DNA of 63,090 bases, filler included, from Eubacteriales bacterium (GCA_045636665.1; 8 parts of 8 records of this genome joined end to end with filler, not necessarily neighbours in it); one strand, 5' to 3'; shown: positions 40,250 through 49,837, counted from the whole stretch's first letter. The notes: a model not told the origin generated them from the letters alone. Numbers and translations are program-made.

Positions 40250-40296
40250 AGTTGCAACTCTCCTTACTTGTCCTAATGAACAAACAATAAAAATTC

Positions 40297-40405
40297 ATTA
40301 TATTTTACATTATTTTGTTGTAAATTGCAAGATATTTTTAATATGTAGGATTTATTTTTTAAAATTTTTCTTTTTCTTTACTTTTCGACACAGATATGTT
40401 ATAAT
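40297..40405. promoter_or_regulatory. Back-to-back sigma-A promoters
   Basis: - strand TTTACA-16-TATAAT (40324-40297); + strand TTTACT-17-TGnTATAAT (40377-40405). Confidence 0.6.
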
Positions 40406-40447
40406 GTCAGAGTATTTTCACCTAAAATCCATACGGAGATAATTGAA

Positions 40448-41278
40448 ATGACTGAAAAAGGGTTGACGATGACACACCGATTGATCGGAATTGCAATCAC
40501 AATTTCGATTATTATTGCGGGAATATGCCTTGCAGCCGGTTGCTGTTATATTTATTTTTCCGAAGATATGACCTATTCCCGAATCGCCGTTGCAGACGTT
40601 TTCGAGGTAATTTGCTTACCCGTTTACATTTGCCTTTTCCTTGTTGTTTTGGGCTTTTTGGCAGAATTGCTGTTGCCCAATGCAATCAAAGCGAAAAGCA
40701 AAGCGCCGATTTCGAGCGAAAACACGGTTAACGTTATTTTGAAAAAGCGAGATATTTTGACGTTTGACGACGGTATTCTTGCCGTTCATTACCGCGAAAA
40801 GGGCAAGCGCACCGTCAACTCGATAATTATGCTTATCCTGACCGTCATCGCCTGCACCGTGTTTTTCATTTATGCGCTTAACGGAAGCAATTTTGACAAC
40901 GTTGATATAAACGGCTCGGTCATTTCGGCCTTTTACGTGCTTATTCCCTGCTTGGCTGTTCCGTTTTTGTTTTATTTGTATTTGCTCATTGACAAGGAAC
41001 GCGGATACAGACGCGAATTATCGATTATAAAAAGTGCTTCCGAAAAAGGCAATGCAAAATGCGAATACAAGCCGAAATTTGAAAATTTCGATATTTTCGC
41101 ACATACCGTCGGCAGATTTTTTGAAACCGCTTTTTCGGGCAAGCCGCTTATTGCCGTAAGAATCGTCATTATTGCAGTTGCGTTGCTTTGTCTTGCTTTC
41201 GGTCTGATTTTCGGCGGCACCGCGGATGTGTTTACAAAGGCATCCAACATCTGCACCGAATGTATCGGTTTGGGGTGA
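40448..41278 (+). CDS. Multi-pass membrane protein ending in a CD1871A-like CxxC peptide
   Basis: About 5 TM segments; C-terminus GGTADVFTKASNICTECIGLG. Confidence 0.82.
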   Translation: MTEKGLTMTHRLIGIAITISIIIAGICLAAGCCYIYFSEDMTYSRIAVADVFEVICLPVYICLFLVVLGFLAELLLPNAIKAKSKAPISSENTVNVILKKRDILTFDDGILAVHYREKGKRTVNSIIMLILTVIACTVFFIYALNGSNFDNVDINGSVISAFYVLIPCLAVPFLFYLYLLIDKERGYRRELSIIKSASEKGNAKCEYKPKFENFDIFAHTVGRFFETAFSGKPLIAVRIVIIAVALLCLAFGLIFGGTADVFTKASNICTECIGLG

Positions 41279-41283
41279 TTGAT

Positions 41284-42732
41284 ATGAAAAAAATATTCAA
41301 AAGACTCGCTTTACTTATTCCGAGCAAGCGCAAATTAATGCAGCTTTATTTCGCATTGCTTTTCAATGCAAATTTAAAGGGCTACATAAGCGGTACGATA
41401 TTCAAGGGCGCGGCAAAATCGGCCTGCATTCCCGGACTTAACTGTTATTCCTGTCCCGGCGCGGTCGGCGCTTGTCCGCTCGGCTCGCTTCAAGGCGCCT
41501 TCAGTGCCGATAAAAGCACCTTCTTTTACGTTGGCGGCATACTTTTGCTATACTGCATTATTTTCGGACGTTTTATTTGCGGTTGGCTTTGTCCCTTCGG
41601 ATTTATCCAAGAGCTTGTTTACAAAATAAAAACGCCTAAAATAAAAAAAGGACCCGTTACAAAAGTCCTTTCGCTTTTCAAGTACGTTGTGCTCGTCTTC
41701 TTTGTGGTTATCGTTCCGTTGACCTATGCATTCCGCGACACTCCCCTGCCCGCTTTTTGCAAGTATATTTGCCCTGCAGGTACTATTGAGGGCGGTTTGG
41801 GATTGCTGTCCAACGAGCTTAACGACAGTTATTTTTCGATGCTCGGCCCGCTTTTCACCTGGAAATTCGCGCTAATGATAAGCGTTGTTGTCGCTTCGGT
41901 GTTTATTTTCAGAATGTTTTGCCGTTTTATTTGTCCGTTAGGCGCGCTTTACGGATTGTTTAACCGCTTTTGCCTTGTCGGTGTTAAGGTCAATACAAGC
42001 CGTTGCACAAATTGCGATTTGTGCGTAAGACATTGCAAAATGGATATCAAACGCGTCGGCGACCGCGAATGTATCGCGTGCGGCGATTGTATCGACGTTT
42101 GTCCCGTTAATGCGATTGAATGGAAGGGCGCGAAGATTTTAAAGCCCTACGAGGATGCGGTTTCCAAGGCAAAGAATCCCAAAAAAGCCCGTACCGTCGT
42201 CAGAGCAACAGTGTGCGTTTTGATGATTGCGGCGCTTATCGGTGTCGGAGCCTATACTTGGTTTGACGAAAGCAACAATCTTCCAGATCAAGGCAACACC
42301 ATCGGTATGCTTTGCTACGGTGACGAGCTTAACGTAATTACGAAAGACGGAATCGGCGAGGATGTGATCAATCCTGCGGAAACGGGAAAGATTACGGTTA
42401 TTAACTTCTGGGGCACTTGGTGCACACCCTGCGTTAAGGAGCTGCCTTATTTTGATCAAATCGCAAGCGATTTTGCCGATGACGTGAACGTAATCGCAAT
42501 TCATACAAATATGATTTCCGAAACCGCGCCCGAATATATCGGCAAGTATTACCCCGAAAGCAGAATTGTTTTTGCGCAGGATACCGCCGATGAGGGTTAT
42601 TATGCCAAGCTTGGCGGCAGAGGTACATATCCCTATACCGTTATTCTTGATGAAAACGGAGTAATCGCCGAAATCTTCGTTTCGGCATTGGAATATGACG
42701 ACCTTAAAACCGCTATCGAAAAAATAAGATAA
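41284..42732 (+). CDS. Membrane 4Fe-4S-binding (NapH/CcoG-like) protein fused to a C-terminal TlpA thioredoxin
   Basis: CIPGLNCYSCP, CGWLCPFG, CKYICPAG, CRFICPLG, two CxxCxxCxxxC ferredoxin motifs, TM, then NFWGTWCTPCVKELP and YPYT. Confidence 0.9.
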   Translation: MKKIFKRLALLIPSKRKLMQLYFALLFNANLKGYISGTIFKGAAKSACIPGLNCYSCPGAVGACPLGSLQGAFSADKSTFFYVGGILLLYCIIFGRFICGWLCPFGFIQELVYKIKTPKIKKGPVTKVLSLFKYVVLVFFVVIVPLTYAFRDTPLPAFCKYICPAGTIEGGLGLLSNELNDSYFSMLGPLFTWKFALMISVVVASVFIFRMFCRFICPLGALYGLFNRFCLVGVKVNTSRCTNCDLCVRHCKMDIKRVGDRECIACGDCIDVCPVNAIEWKGAKILKPYEDAVSKAKNPKKARTVVRATVCVLMIAALIGVGAYTWFDESNNLPDQGNTIGMLCYGDELNVITKDGIGEDVINPAETGKITVINFWGTWCTPCVKELPYFDQIASDFADDVNVIAIHTNMISETAPEYIGKYYPESRIVFAQDTADEGYYAKLGGRGTYPYTVILDENGVIAEIFVSALEYDDLKTAIEKIR

Positions 42733-42740
42733 CGATAAAG

Positions 42741-42760
42741 GGGCGCCAAATCGGCGCCCC
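42741..42760 (+). terminator. Hairpin after the 4Fe-4S/TlpA gene
   Basis: GGGCGCC..GGCGCCC; weak T-tail. Confidence 0.5.
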
Positions 42761-43056
42761 AACGTATTTAGTTTACCAAATTTAAATTCAAAAGTCAATA
42801 GTTTTATGACACAAAATGGCATTCGTTACAATTTTCTCTTATATGAATAAATTTTTATAATGCATTTTGTACAATTCGTGTATTGAAAAATGATATTTTC
42901 TGTGCTAATATAAAGACACAGAAAGGGTGAGTCCAATGTACAGGTAAGCACAAGCAAAACGTTTTATAGCATTGACTGTTAAATCTCTTGACAAATAAAT
43001 TAATAATTAAAATATAATTCCTTTCAAAATAGTCGTATAAGAGATAACGTTTTAGC

Positions 43057-43255
43057 TTGAATTCGGTACGTAAGGTTCGGAATATTAACGAGCCGCCGAC
43101 ACACAACTTCGAATAATCTTTGGATCTGTTGCAAATGCCGTCCCGCATACGGGATAAAAGATTTGATTAACAGCAAGAGGGTGCAAGGCATTTCGAGGTA
43201 ATTTGATAGCCCGTAGAAAGAGAGGTTAAATTGATGCTGGATATCAAGAATTCAA
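43057..43255 (+). ncRNA. ssrS: Probable 6S RNA
   Basis: About 200-nt ORF-free rod: TTGAATTC/GAATTCAA, TTAAC/GTTAA, central bubble, CTTCGAA/TTCGAGG, CTGTT/AACAG, CAAAT/ATTTG, TCCCG-CATA-CGGGA; TTGACA at 42988 upstream, terminator directly downstream; G-U pairs favour + strand. Confidence 0.6.
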
Positions 43256-43256
43256 T

Positions 43257-43305
43257 ATAGCCCTTGGTTGTAATTATAGATTATGCAACCAAGGGCTATT
43301 ATTTT
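43257..43305. terminator. Long terminator hairpin (probably bidirectional)
   Basis: ATAGCCCTTGGTTG..CAACCAAGGGCTAT followed by TATTTT. Confidence 0.8.
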
Positions 43306-43340
43306 GCGCCGAAAGGCGTTTTTTGTTTTTTCGGCATCTT

Positions 43341-44459
43341 TTAAACCTTGCCGAGAGCGGTTAAAAATTCGTCAACTTCCGCTTTCGTATTATACCTTGA
43401 AAGCGATATTCTCGCTCCGCCGATATCGTAGGTTCCAAGAGTATGATGCGCGTTCGGCGCGCAATGAAATCCGCCGCGCAATGCAAAGCCCAAATCGCAA
43501 AGTCGTTCGCAAACCGTTTCGCAGTCATATCCCTTTTTGTTAAAAAGCATAACGGGAACGTAATCCTTAAAGGTTTGTTCGGTCGGCTCGCCATAGGTTA
43601 TTATGTCAACCTTGTCTTTGATGTTATCAACAAGATGCTTAAACACCTCGCGTTCGGAAGAATAGGTTGAATATTCATCCAATGCTGCCGACCAACCGGC
43701 AATTCCGCAGATATTAAGCGTGCCCGATTCGAGCCGTTCGGGCAATAATTCGGGCATTTCAAGTGATTTTGAGTTTACTCCCGTTCCGCCCTCGATAAGC
43801 GGTTCGATTATAATATCGCTGTACGGATTGATTATCATTGCTCCCACGCCCATAGGTCCAAGCAGTCCCTTGTGAGCGGGTATGCAAATTATGTCAACCC
43901 CAAGGTCGACGATATCGATTCCGATATGACCTGCGGTTTGCGACGCATCGAGGATAAAAACAGCATCCTCGGGCGCAAGCCTTTTTAGTGTTTTTATCGG
44001 CAGAATTCTTCCGCAAACATTCGATGCGTGAGTTAAAACGACGTTTGTTGCCGCACGGCAAACCGAAGAAAAATTATCGCAGGTAACGATATCGTTTCGA
44101 ATATCGACAAGGAATTGACGCATTACGGTTTCGCCGTTTTTCCTTAATTTATTAATCGGTCGCATAACGGCGTTATGCTCTAACGACGAAACTACCGTCA
44201 CCCCTTGTAAGCGATTTGTTCCTTTAATTGCGATATTAAGCGCTTCGGTTGCCGATGCTGTAAAAACGACACATTCTTCACGCGTGTTAAATATTTTCGC
44301 AAGCTTTTTTCGACAGTTAAATACCGTTTCTGCGGCTTTTTGAGCAAAACGGTGTCCGCTTCTGCCTGCGTTTCCGCATTCGGAAAGCGCCGTGCACATT
44401 GCCGCTTTTACACTGTCGGGCTTCGGCATCGAGGTTGCGGCATTATCAAAATAGATCAT
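43341..44459 (-). CDS. Cysteine desulfurase family protein (class V PLP enzyme)
   Basis: IYFDNAATS, LEHNAV, THASNV, DASQ, PAHKGL, RGGFHCAP. Confidence 0.92.
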   Translation of the reverse strand: MIYFDNAATSMPKPDSVKAAMCTALSECGNAGRSGHRFAQKAAETVFNCRKKLAKIFNTREECVVFTASATEALNIAIKGTNRLQGVTVVSSLEHNAVMRPINKLRKNGETVMRQFLVDIRNDIVTCDNFSSVCRAATNVVLTHASNVCGRILPIKTLKRLAPEDAVFILDASQTAGHIGIDIVDLGVDIICIPAHKGLLGPMGVGAMIINPYSDIIIEPLIEGGTGVNSKSLEMPELLPERLESGTLNICGIAGWSAALDEYSTYSSEREVFKHLVDNIKDKVDIITYGEPTEQTFKDYVPVMLFNKKGYDCETVCERLCDLGFALRGGFHCAPNAHHTLGTYDIGGARISLSRYNTKAEVDEFLTALGKV

Positions 44460-44677
44460 TTTTCGTCAATACTCCCTATAATCGGTATGCCGCTTTGCTC
44501 AAGCAATTGCATTGCCTTTTCATATAAGGTTTTATCAAAGCTTATTCCGTAACCGCATCCGCGCACACTTTTTACCGCTTTTGAGCGCGATATATTTGAA
44601 TATATGCCGTTTGTTTTTAACAATTCCTGTGCCTTTAACGCATAGGTTACAGACGTTAGCACAATGGTTTTTTTCAT
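44456..44677 (-). CDS. DUF3343-family protein
   Basis: SVTYALKAQELLK..GI..GCGYGI; coupled to the desulfurase. Confidence 0.8.
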   Translation of the reverse strand: MKKTIVLTSVTYALKAQELLKTNGIYSNISRSKAVKSVRGCGYGISFDKTLYEKAMQLLEQSGIPIIGSIDEK

Positions 44678-44762
44678 AATTTCACTCCCTGCTACAGAAT
44701 ATGAAATAAAGCCTTAACTGTTGAATGGGATTGAAATCTATATAATTAATTTGTATAATATT

Positions 44763-44789
44763 TGCAACCTTTTCGAATTTTTTCCGACA
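44763..44789 (+). promoter_or_regulatory. ECF-type promoter TGCAAC-16-CGAC (likely autoregulatory)
   Basis: AAC/CGwC pattern like Bacillus SigW/SigX promoters, upstream of the ECF gene. Confidence 0.6.
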
Positions 44790-44836
44790 TAATTAATGTA
44801 CGGGTGCCCGAACACTAACGAAAGGAGGCGTTTTTG

Positions 44837-45391
44837 ATGGATGACCGCGCGATAATCGATGCTTTTTTCAAAAGAAACGAGGAAGCAATCACATACACGC
44901 AAAGAAAATACGGTAAAATGCTTTTTTCGGTTGCTTACAACCTTTTAAAAAGCAAAGAGGATGCAAATGAGTGCGTAAACGACGCTTTGCTCTCGGCTTG
45001 GAATTCGATTCCCCCAAACGATCCGAAGCACTTTTCCGCATATCTCGCTACGCTTGTAAGGCGCAGAGCTTTTGACCGACTTGACCGATGCACAGCGGCA
45101 AAACGCGTTGCAGATATCGACGTCAGCGAAGAATTTTTGGAAATGATACCTTCAAAGTTCGATACCGAAAGCGAATTTGAATACAGACGTATAAATAATA
45201 TTATCAACGATTTTCTTCGCAAACAAAAGGAATCCGACAGAAGATTGTTTATTCTTCGGTATTTCTGCTCGGAATCATTAAAGGACGCTTCGGTCAAGGT
45301 CGGTTTGAGTGAATCCGCCGCGAAAAGCAAATTGATGCGGATGCGAAATACTTTGAAGGAAATTTTGGAAAAGGAGGATGTTTTTATATGA
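44837..45391 (+). CDS. ECF RNA polymerase sigma factor
   Basis: RBS AAAGGAGG; DANECVND..AWNSIPP, LFILRYF..SLKD..GLSESAAKSKL.RMR. Confidence 0.92.
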   Translation: MDDRAIIDAFFKRNEEAITYTQRKYGKMLFSVAYNLLKSKEDANECVNDALLSAWNSIPPNDPKHFSAYLATLVRRRAFDRLDRCTAAKRVADIDVSEEFLEMIPSKFDTESEFEYRRINNIINDFLRKQKESDRRLFILRYFCSESLKDASVKVGLSESAAKSKLMRMRNTLKEILEKEDVFI

Positions 45392-47925
45392 AGGACAACA
45401 GATGGCTCGAGATAGACGGTGATATGCTTGAGGATGCGTTGAATATGCAGAAAACAAACGGTTTTCGCATCCGCAGGATCTTGATTGCATCGGTTGCGGC
45501 GGTTTTAACCGTTTGCACGTTGATGGCGGTAATTATTCCGAATTTGGCAGATGCACCGTTTGACGAAAGCTCTGTGAACGAATCAACCGCGGTATCGACA
45601 CCGATCAACATCGGCGATATAGTAAGCAAATACAAAGGCCCTGTTGCCGAATGGAACGGTGGAACAGGCTTGAAATTGATCGCTTTGAGCGGCGAAAAAA
45701 ATTATTCGGTCGGCGGCGCGATGACAAACGGCAATGCAGACGCTAACAAAAGCATCAATATAACTCTCTCGGCATTGCCTAACGTTAAGCTTGAACGCTA
45801 TACTACGGGCAAATATATCGATATGACCGGCAACGGAATCGGCAGATATGATTGGTATCAAGAGTCAACAGGTATCTATCGAGATATTATCACAGGTGAA
45901 TTTTTCAGTCTATCCGATGAGGTGCGTTTTGCGCTTATCGACGACGGATATGATGATCTCTGCAATGAATATCTGCTTGAGATGGCTTGTTTGTTCGGTC
46001 TTTGCAAGTTTTATGAGGATGACAGCAAGCACGAAGAGGTCTACTTCGAAATGGTGCGCGGCGCAATCACTTATGAGGAAGCTATAACACATTTTGAAAG
46101 CATTCCGAAGAACTTCGGATTTACCGACGAGCAGGCAGAATATCTTTTACGCTACTTTAAAGGTGAGGAGCTCAATGTCGGAAAAAAGCTATTCCCGAAC
46201 AGTATTGACGAACAAAACGCTTTTAACGGCTACGCATTGCAGGTCTATCACGCTATTCTCAGCCGCCGTTGCGGCAACGTGAAGATCGTTGAATTCGGCT
46301 CTCACGGATCAAAATGTCTATTCACAAGAGAACACCACCGACCCGACGGTTCAGGTGCTTTCGAATGCGATCTCGGAATATACGACCGCGAAGCAAAGGA
46401 AGCAACGTTGATTTCGATTGAGGGATCCAATAACGAGGTTTTGGCTTCGGTCGATTGGTTCGGTATGCAGTATACTGTTAGCGACGATTATACTATGCTT
46501 GCCTATATCGACGCTCGCGACGGTTCGCTTCGCTTGATCGATTTAACAACCGGAAAGCACGCGGCGGCTTACTTTAAAAACGAGGATACTAATAGCTTCG
46601 AGAGCTTGGAAAGCAACCCCGAAGCGGTATTCGACGATGCCGAGGACCTAACTCTTACCCTTGAGGAAGAGGTCGATAACGGAGATTATTTTCCGAGCAT
46701 CACAGAAACGACTGTCGGCGCTATCGGAAGGATCAATTTTTCTCCCAACGGCAAATATGCTTACTGCAAGCTTCGGAGCAAAGACGATGCTTGGATATTC
46801 ATTGATACAAGCAGCTTTGAAAGCGGATCGATAAACGGCAAATTCGTTAAATTTGTCGCAGGCGGCGATGCCGTTATTATGCAGACCGAAAACGGTTTTC
46901 GCATTTACGACGTGGCGACAAGAACCGATATTACCGACCACCACGGAGCTTTATTTACACTCGCAGTTCATGAAACACACGCGTTTTTTGAAATTGATGG
47001 CAGAATCGTACGCAAGAACCTGTTAAACGGAGATGAAACGGTTATTGCAAGCGAATACGACGCTTTTATCACCGATAAAAATTCGGGTTGCATTTACGTC
47101 TTTACAAAGTCGGACAGAACGGTGCGCGGATATTCCGCAACCGACGGAGAATGCAAATACTCGGCAACCGTTGGTGAAGCATTTGTAAACGATGCGCCCG
47201 AAAACGCAATATTCAACCTTTTGCTCGATCAGATAGAAACAACGCTTTTGATCTCCTATTACACTCCCCTCTCGCTTGAATTTGACGAAAGCAAATTCAT
47301 TTCAATGAAGGGCAATAATTGGGACGTCGGCGGCGATATTTCAAGCATTCCCGATTATGCTTATATCTATCTCCGCAGCACCAAATACAACGGTAAATAT
47401 TTAGATTGCTATGACGCCGACGACGTCAACGGCGAGGTAAACAACGCTAACATTCTCGGTAAATATCTGATGCTTGAGGATATATTGAGATTGACAGAGA
47501 ATGATATGATACTGGATCTTAACGAATTGATCGAGATCGGACATTTGTATGCCGAAAGGATCGAGCCGTATATCGAAATAGATTCGATGAACCGCGTTAA
47601 GGTCATCCCCGAATCGCTTACCGAAATTTTCGGCTACGAGCTTAACACGGGAGAGCATTTCATTTCGAACGTTTACCGCCCCGCTACGATCGAATATTCG
47701 GTCGAAAACGGCAAGGAATATATGCGAAAAATGGTCGAAACAAACGTAAAAACGCTGTCCGGCAATGCAGACAGCGCGGAAATAAACGCTTTTATCGAGG
47801 AAATTACCAAAACGCTTGAAGTCGATTATAAATCCTATCTTATCGAGGGATATTACCGTATCAAATACGAAATTAAGCTTGAAATACGCGACCGCATTAT
47901 TTTAGAATACAACAAACGGTTTTAA
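45388..47925 (+). CDS. Probable anti-sigma factor with large extracellular region (beta-propeller-like part)
   Basis: Coupled to the ECF gene (ATGA); short cytoplasmic IDGDMLEDA motif, one TM, about 790-aa ectodomain with VSDDY.MLAY and FSPNGKY motifs. Confidence 0.75.
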   Translation: MKDNRWLEIDGDMLEDALNMQKTNGFRIRRILIASVAAVLTVCTLMAVIIPNLADAPFDESSVNESTAVSTPINIGDIVSKYKGPVAEWNGGTGLKLIALSGEKNYSVGGAMTNGNADANKSINITLSALPNVKLERYTTGKYIDMTGNGIGRYDWYQESTGIYRDIITGEFFSLSDEVRFALIDDGYDDLCNEYLLEMACLFGLCKFYEDDSKHEEVYFEMVRGAITYEEAITHFESIPKNFGFTDEQAEYLLRYFKGEELNVGKKLFPNSIDEQNAFNGYALQVYHAILSRRCGNVKIVEFGSHGSKCLFTREHHRPDGSGAFECDLGIYDREAKEATLISIEGSNNEVLASVDWFGMQYTVSDDYTMLAYIDARDGSLRLIDLTTGKHAAAYFKNEDTNSFESLESNPEAVFDDAEDLTLTLEEEVDNGDYFPSITETTVGAIGRINFSPNGKYAYCKLRSKDDAWIFIDTSSFESGSINGKFVKFVAGGDAVIMQTENGFRIYDVATRTDITDHHGALFTLAVHETHAFFEIDGRIVRKNLLNGDETVIASEYDAFITDKNSGCIYVFTKSDRTVRGYSATDGECKYSATVGEAFVNDAPENAIFNLLLDQIETTLLISYYTPLSLEFDESKFISMKGNNWDVGGDISSIPDYAYIYLRSTKYNGKYLDCYDADDVNGEVNNANILGKYLMLEDILRLTENDMILDLNELIEIGHLYAERIEPYIEIDSMNRVKVIPESLTEIFGYELNTGEHFISNVYRPATIEYSVENGKEYMRKMVETNVKTLSGNADSAEINAFIEEITKTLEVDYKSYLIEGYYRIKYEIKLEIRDRIILEYNKRF

Positions 47926-47959
47926 AAAACAAACGGACGAAAAACGCAACCGAAAAACA

Positions 47960-47993
47960 AAAAGCTACGCTTTTTAAAAGAGCGTAGCTTTTT
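47960..47993. terminator. Bidirectional terminator
   Basis: AAAAAGCTACGCT..AGCGTAGCTTTTT. Confidence 0.85.
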
Positions 47994-48131
47994 ATTTATG
48001 TTTTACCTGTTCTCTACTCTGCTGCCGCCCCNNNNNNNNNNNNNNNNNNNNNNNNNNNNNNNNNNNNNNNNNNNNTTAATTAATTAANNNNNNNNNNNNN
48101 NNNNNNNNNNNNNNNNNNNNNNNNNNNNNNN

Positions 48132-48142
48132 GCCTCCGACTT
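48132..48142 (-). other. MGI adapter remnant GCCTCCGACTT at contig start
   Basis: Reverse complement AAGTCGGAGGC is the start of the other MGI adapter; it replaces the expected DQxR before GWFQSS of IleRS. Confidence 0.75.
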
Positions 48143-49250
48143 TGGTTGGTTCCAGTCCAGTCTTCTGACCTCCGTTGGTGCACTGGATCAGGGCGCTCCC
48201 TTTAAGCAGGTTTTGACCCACGGTTGGGTTGTTGACGGACAAGGCCGCGCAATGCACAAGAGCCTTGGCAACGGTGTTGACCCTGCCGACCTTATCAAGG
48301 ATTTCGGCGCTGATATCGTTCGTCTTTGGGCGGCATCCTCCGACTATCACGCAGACGTTCGTTGCTCCAAGGAAATCTTCAAGCAGCTTTCCGAATCCTA
48401 CCGTAAGCTCAGAAATACTCTCCGTATCCTTTTGGCAAACCTCGGCTCTGCAGAAACCGATTTCGATCCTAACAAGGATATGGTTGCTTCCGAAAATCTT
48501 ACCGATATCGATAAATGGGCACTTTCGCGTCTTAACAAGCTCGTTAAACGCGTTCGCGAAGCTTATGACAGCTATCAGTTCCATATCGTTTACCACGAAA
48601 TTCATAACTTCTGCTCGATCGATATGTCGAAGCTTTACATCGACATTACCAAGGACAGACTTTACTGCGAAGCAAAGAACGACCCTGCACGTCGCAGCAC
48701 TCAAAGCGCAATGTATATCATCGCAAGCGCTTTGACAAGATTGCTCGCTCCCATTCTTTCCTACACCGCAGAAGAAACCTGGAACTTCATCAGTCATACC
48801 GATTCCGATGACGTTGAAAGCGTATTCTTTAACGATATGCCCTCCTTTGAAGAAAAATACGATTTTTCGGAAATTGAGGCGAAATACGAATCGCTCTTTA
48901 CCTTGCGCGACGGCGTTATGAAAGCGCTTGAAATCGCAAGAGCCGACAAGGCTATCGGTAAATCGCTTGAAGCGAGCGTTGCTATTTATGCAAAGGCAGA
49001 CAGCGAAGCAATGAAGCTCTTCCGCGAGTTTGAATCGATCCTTCCCGACATTTTCATCGTAAGCAAGGTTGGTCTTTGTGATGAAAATGCTCCCGAAAAT
49101 GCATATTTCGATGAAGAAACCGGCATTTCGGTTGCAGTTTCGGTTGCAGATGGTGAAAAGTGCGTTCGTTGCTGGATGCATAAGGACGATTGCACTGCCG
49201 ACGAGGACGGTCAGCATCTCTGCGCACGCTGCCGTAAAGCTATATGTTAG
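48143..49250 (+). CDS. ileS: Isoleucine--tRNA ligase, 5' truncated
   Basis: GWFQSSL, THGWVVD..AMHKSLGN, YRKLRNTLR, KDRLY, C-terminal KCVRCW..LCARC zinc finger. Confidence 0.95.
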
Positions 49251-49837
49251 CAGCAGTTATCGCGGTCTTGGCAATTATTGCCGATCAGATAACGAAATAT
49301 ATCGTTGTTGAAAATATCGAATTTAAGGGTACGGCACCCTTTATCCCCGGATTTATGAGCTTTTATCATACACGAAACACGGGCGCCGCCTTTTCGATGT
49401 TTTCGGATCAGCGTTGGGTGTTTATGGTGTTTTCGTTCATTTCGATGGGCTTGATCATTTTTCTCCTCATCAAGGAATATAAACGCCATAAGCTTCTCAA
49501 TATCGCACTTTCAATGGTGCTCGGCGGCGGTATCGGTAATATGATCGACCGCATCCGTTTTGGTTACGTTGTGGATTTCTTCCATACCGATTTTATGGAT
49601 TTTGCAGTGTTCAACGTTGCCGACTGCTTTATAACCGTCGGCGCGGTGCTGCTTGGCGTTTACGTTATCTTTTTCGAGCCGAAGGTCGAAAAACGGCTTA
49701 AGGCGGAAAAGGAAGCGTTGGCTGTTGCGGTTGCCGAGGAAGGCGTTGAAGCCGTTGAAGCCGTAACCGAAGAAAAGATAGAAATTCCGCAGGAAACCGA
49801 AAAAGCATCCTCTGAGGAAAACAGTGAAAATGAATAA
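49244..49837 (+). CDS. lspA: Lipoprotein signal peptidase II
   Basis: DQITK, NTGAAFS, GGGIGNMIDR..GYVVDF, FNVAD. Confidence 0.95.
   Translation: MLAAVIAVLAIIADQITKYIVVENIEFKGTAPFIPGFMSFYHTRNTGAAFSMFSDQRWVFMVFSFISMGLIIFLLIKEYKRHKLLNIALSMVLGGGIGNMIDRIRFGYVVDFFHTDFMDFAVFNVADCFITVGAVLLGVYVIFFEPKVEKRLKAEKEALAVAVAEEGVEAVEAVTEEKIEIPQETEKASSEENSENE

Noticed and set aside
41255..41290. Selenocysteine read-through at the TGA after CTECIGLG
   Set aside because: This motif normally ends at IG.G, the next gene has its own start, and all visible CxxC motifs use Cys codons
42883..42946. Promoter-like TTGAAA-17-TAATAT, RBS-like AAAGGGTG and mini-ORF ATG TAC AGG TAA
   Set aside because: Three codons with no further support; may be a relic or an upstream promoter for the RNA
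48249..48263. IleRS KMSKS motif reads AMHKS
   Set aside because: MHKS-type variants are known in IleRS; no basis for a novelty or mupirocin-resistance claim
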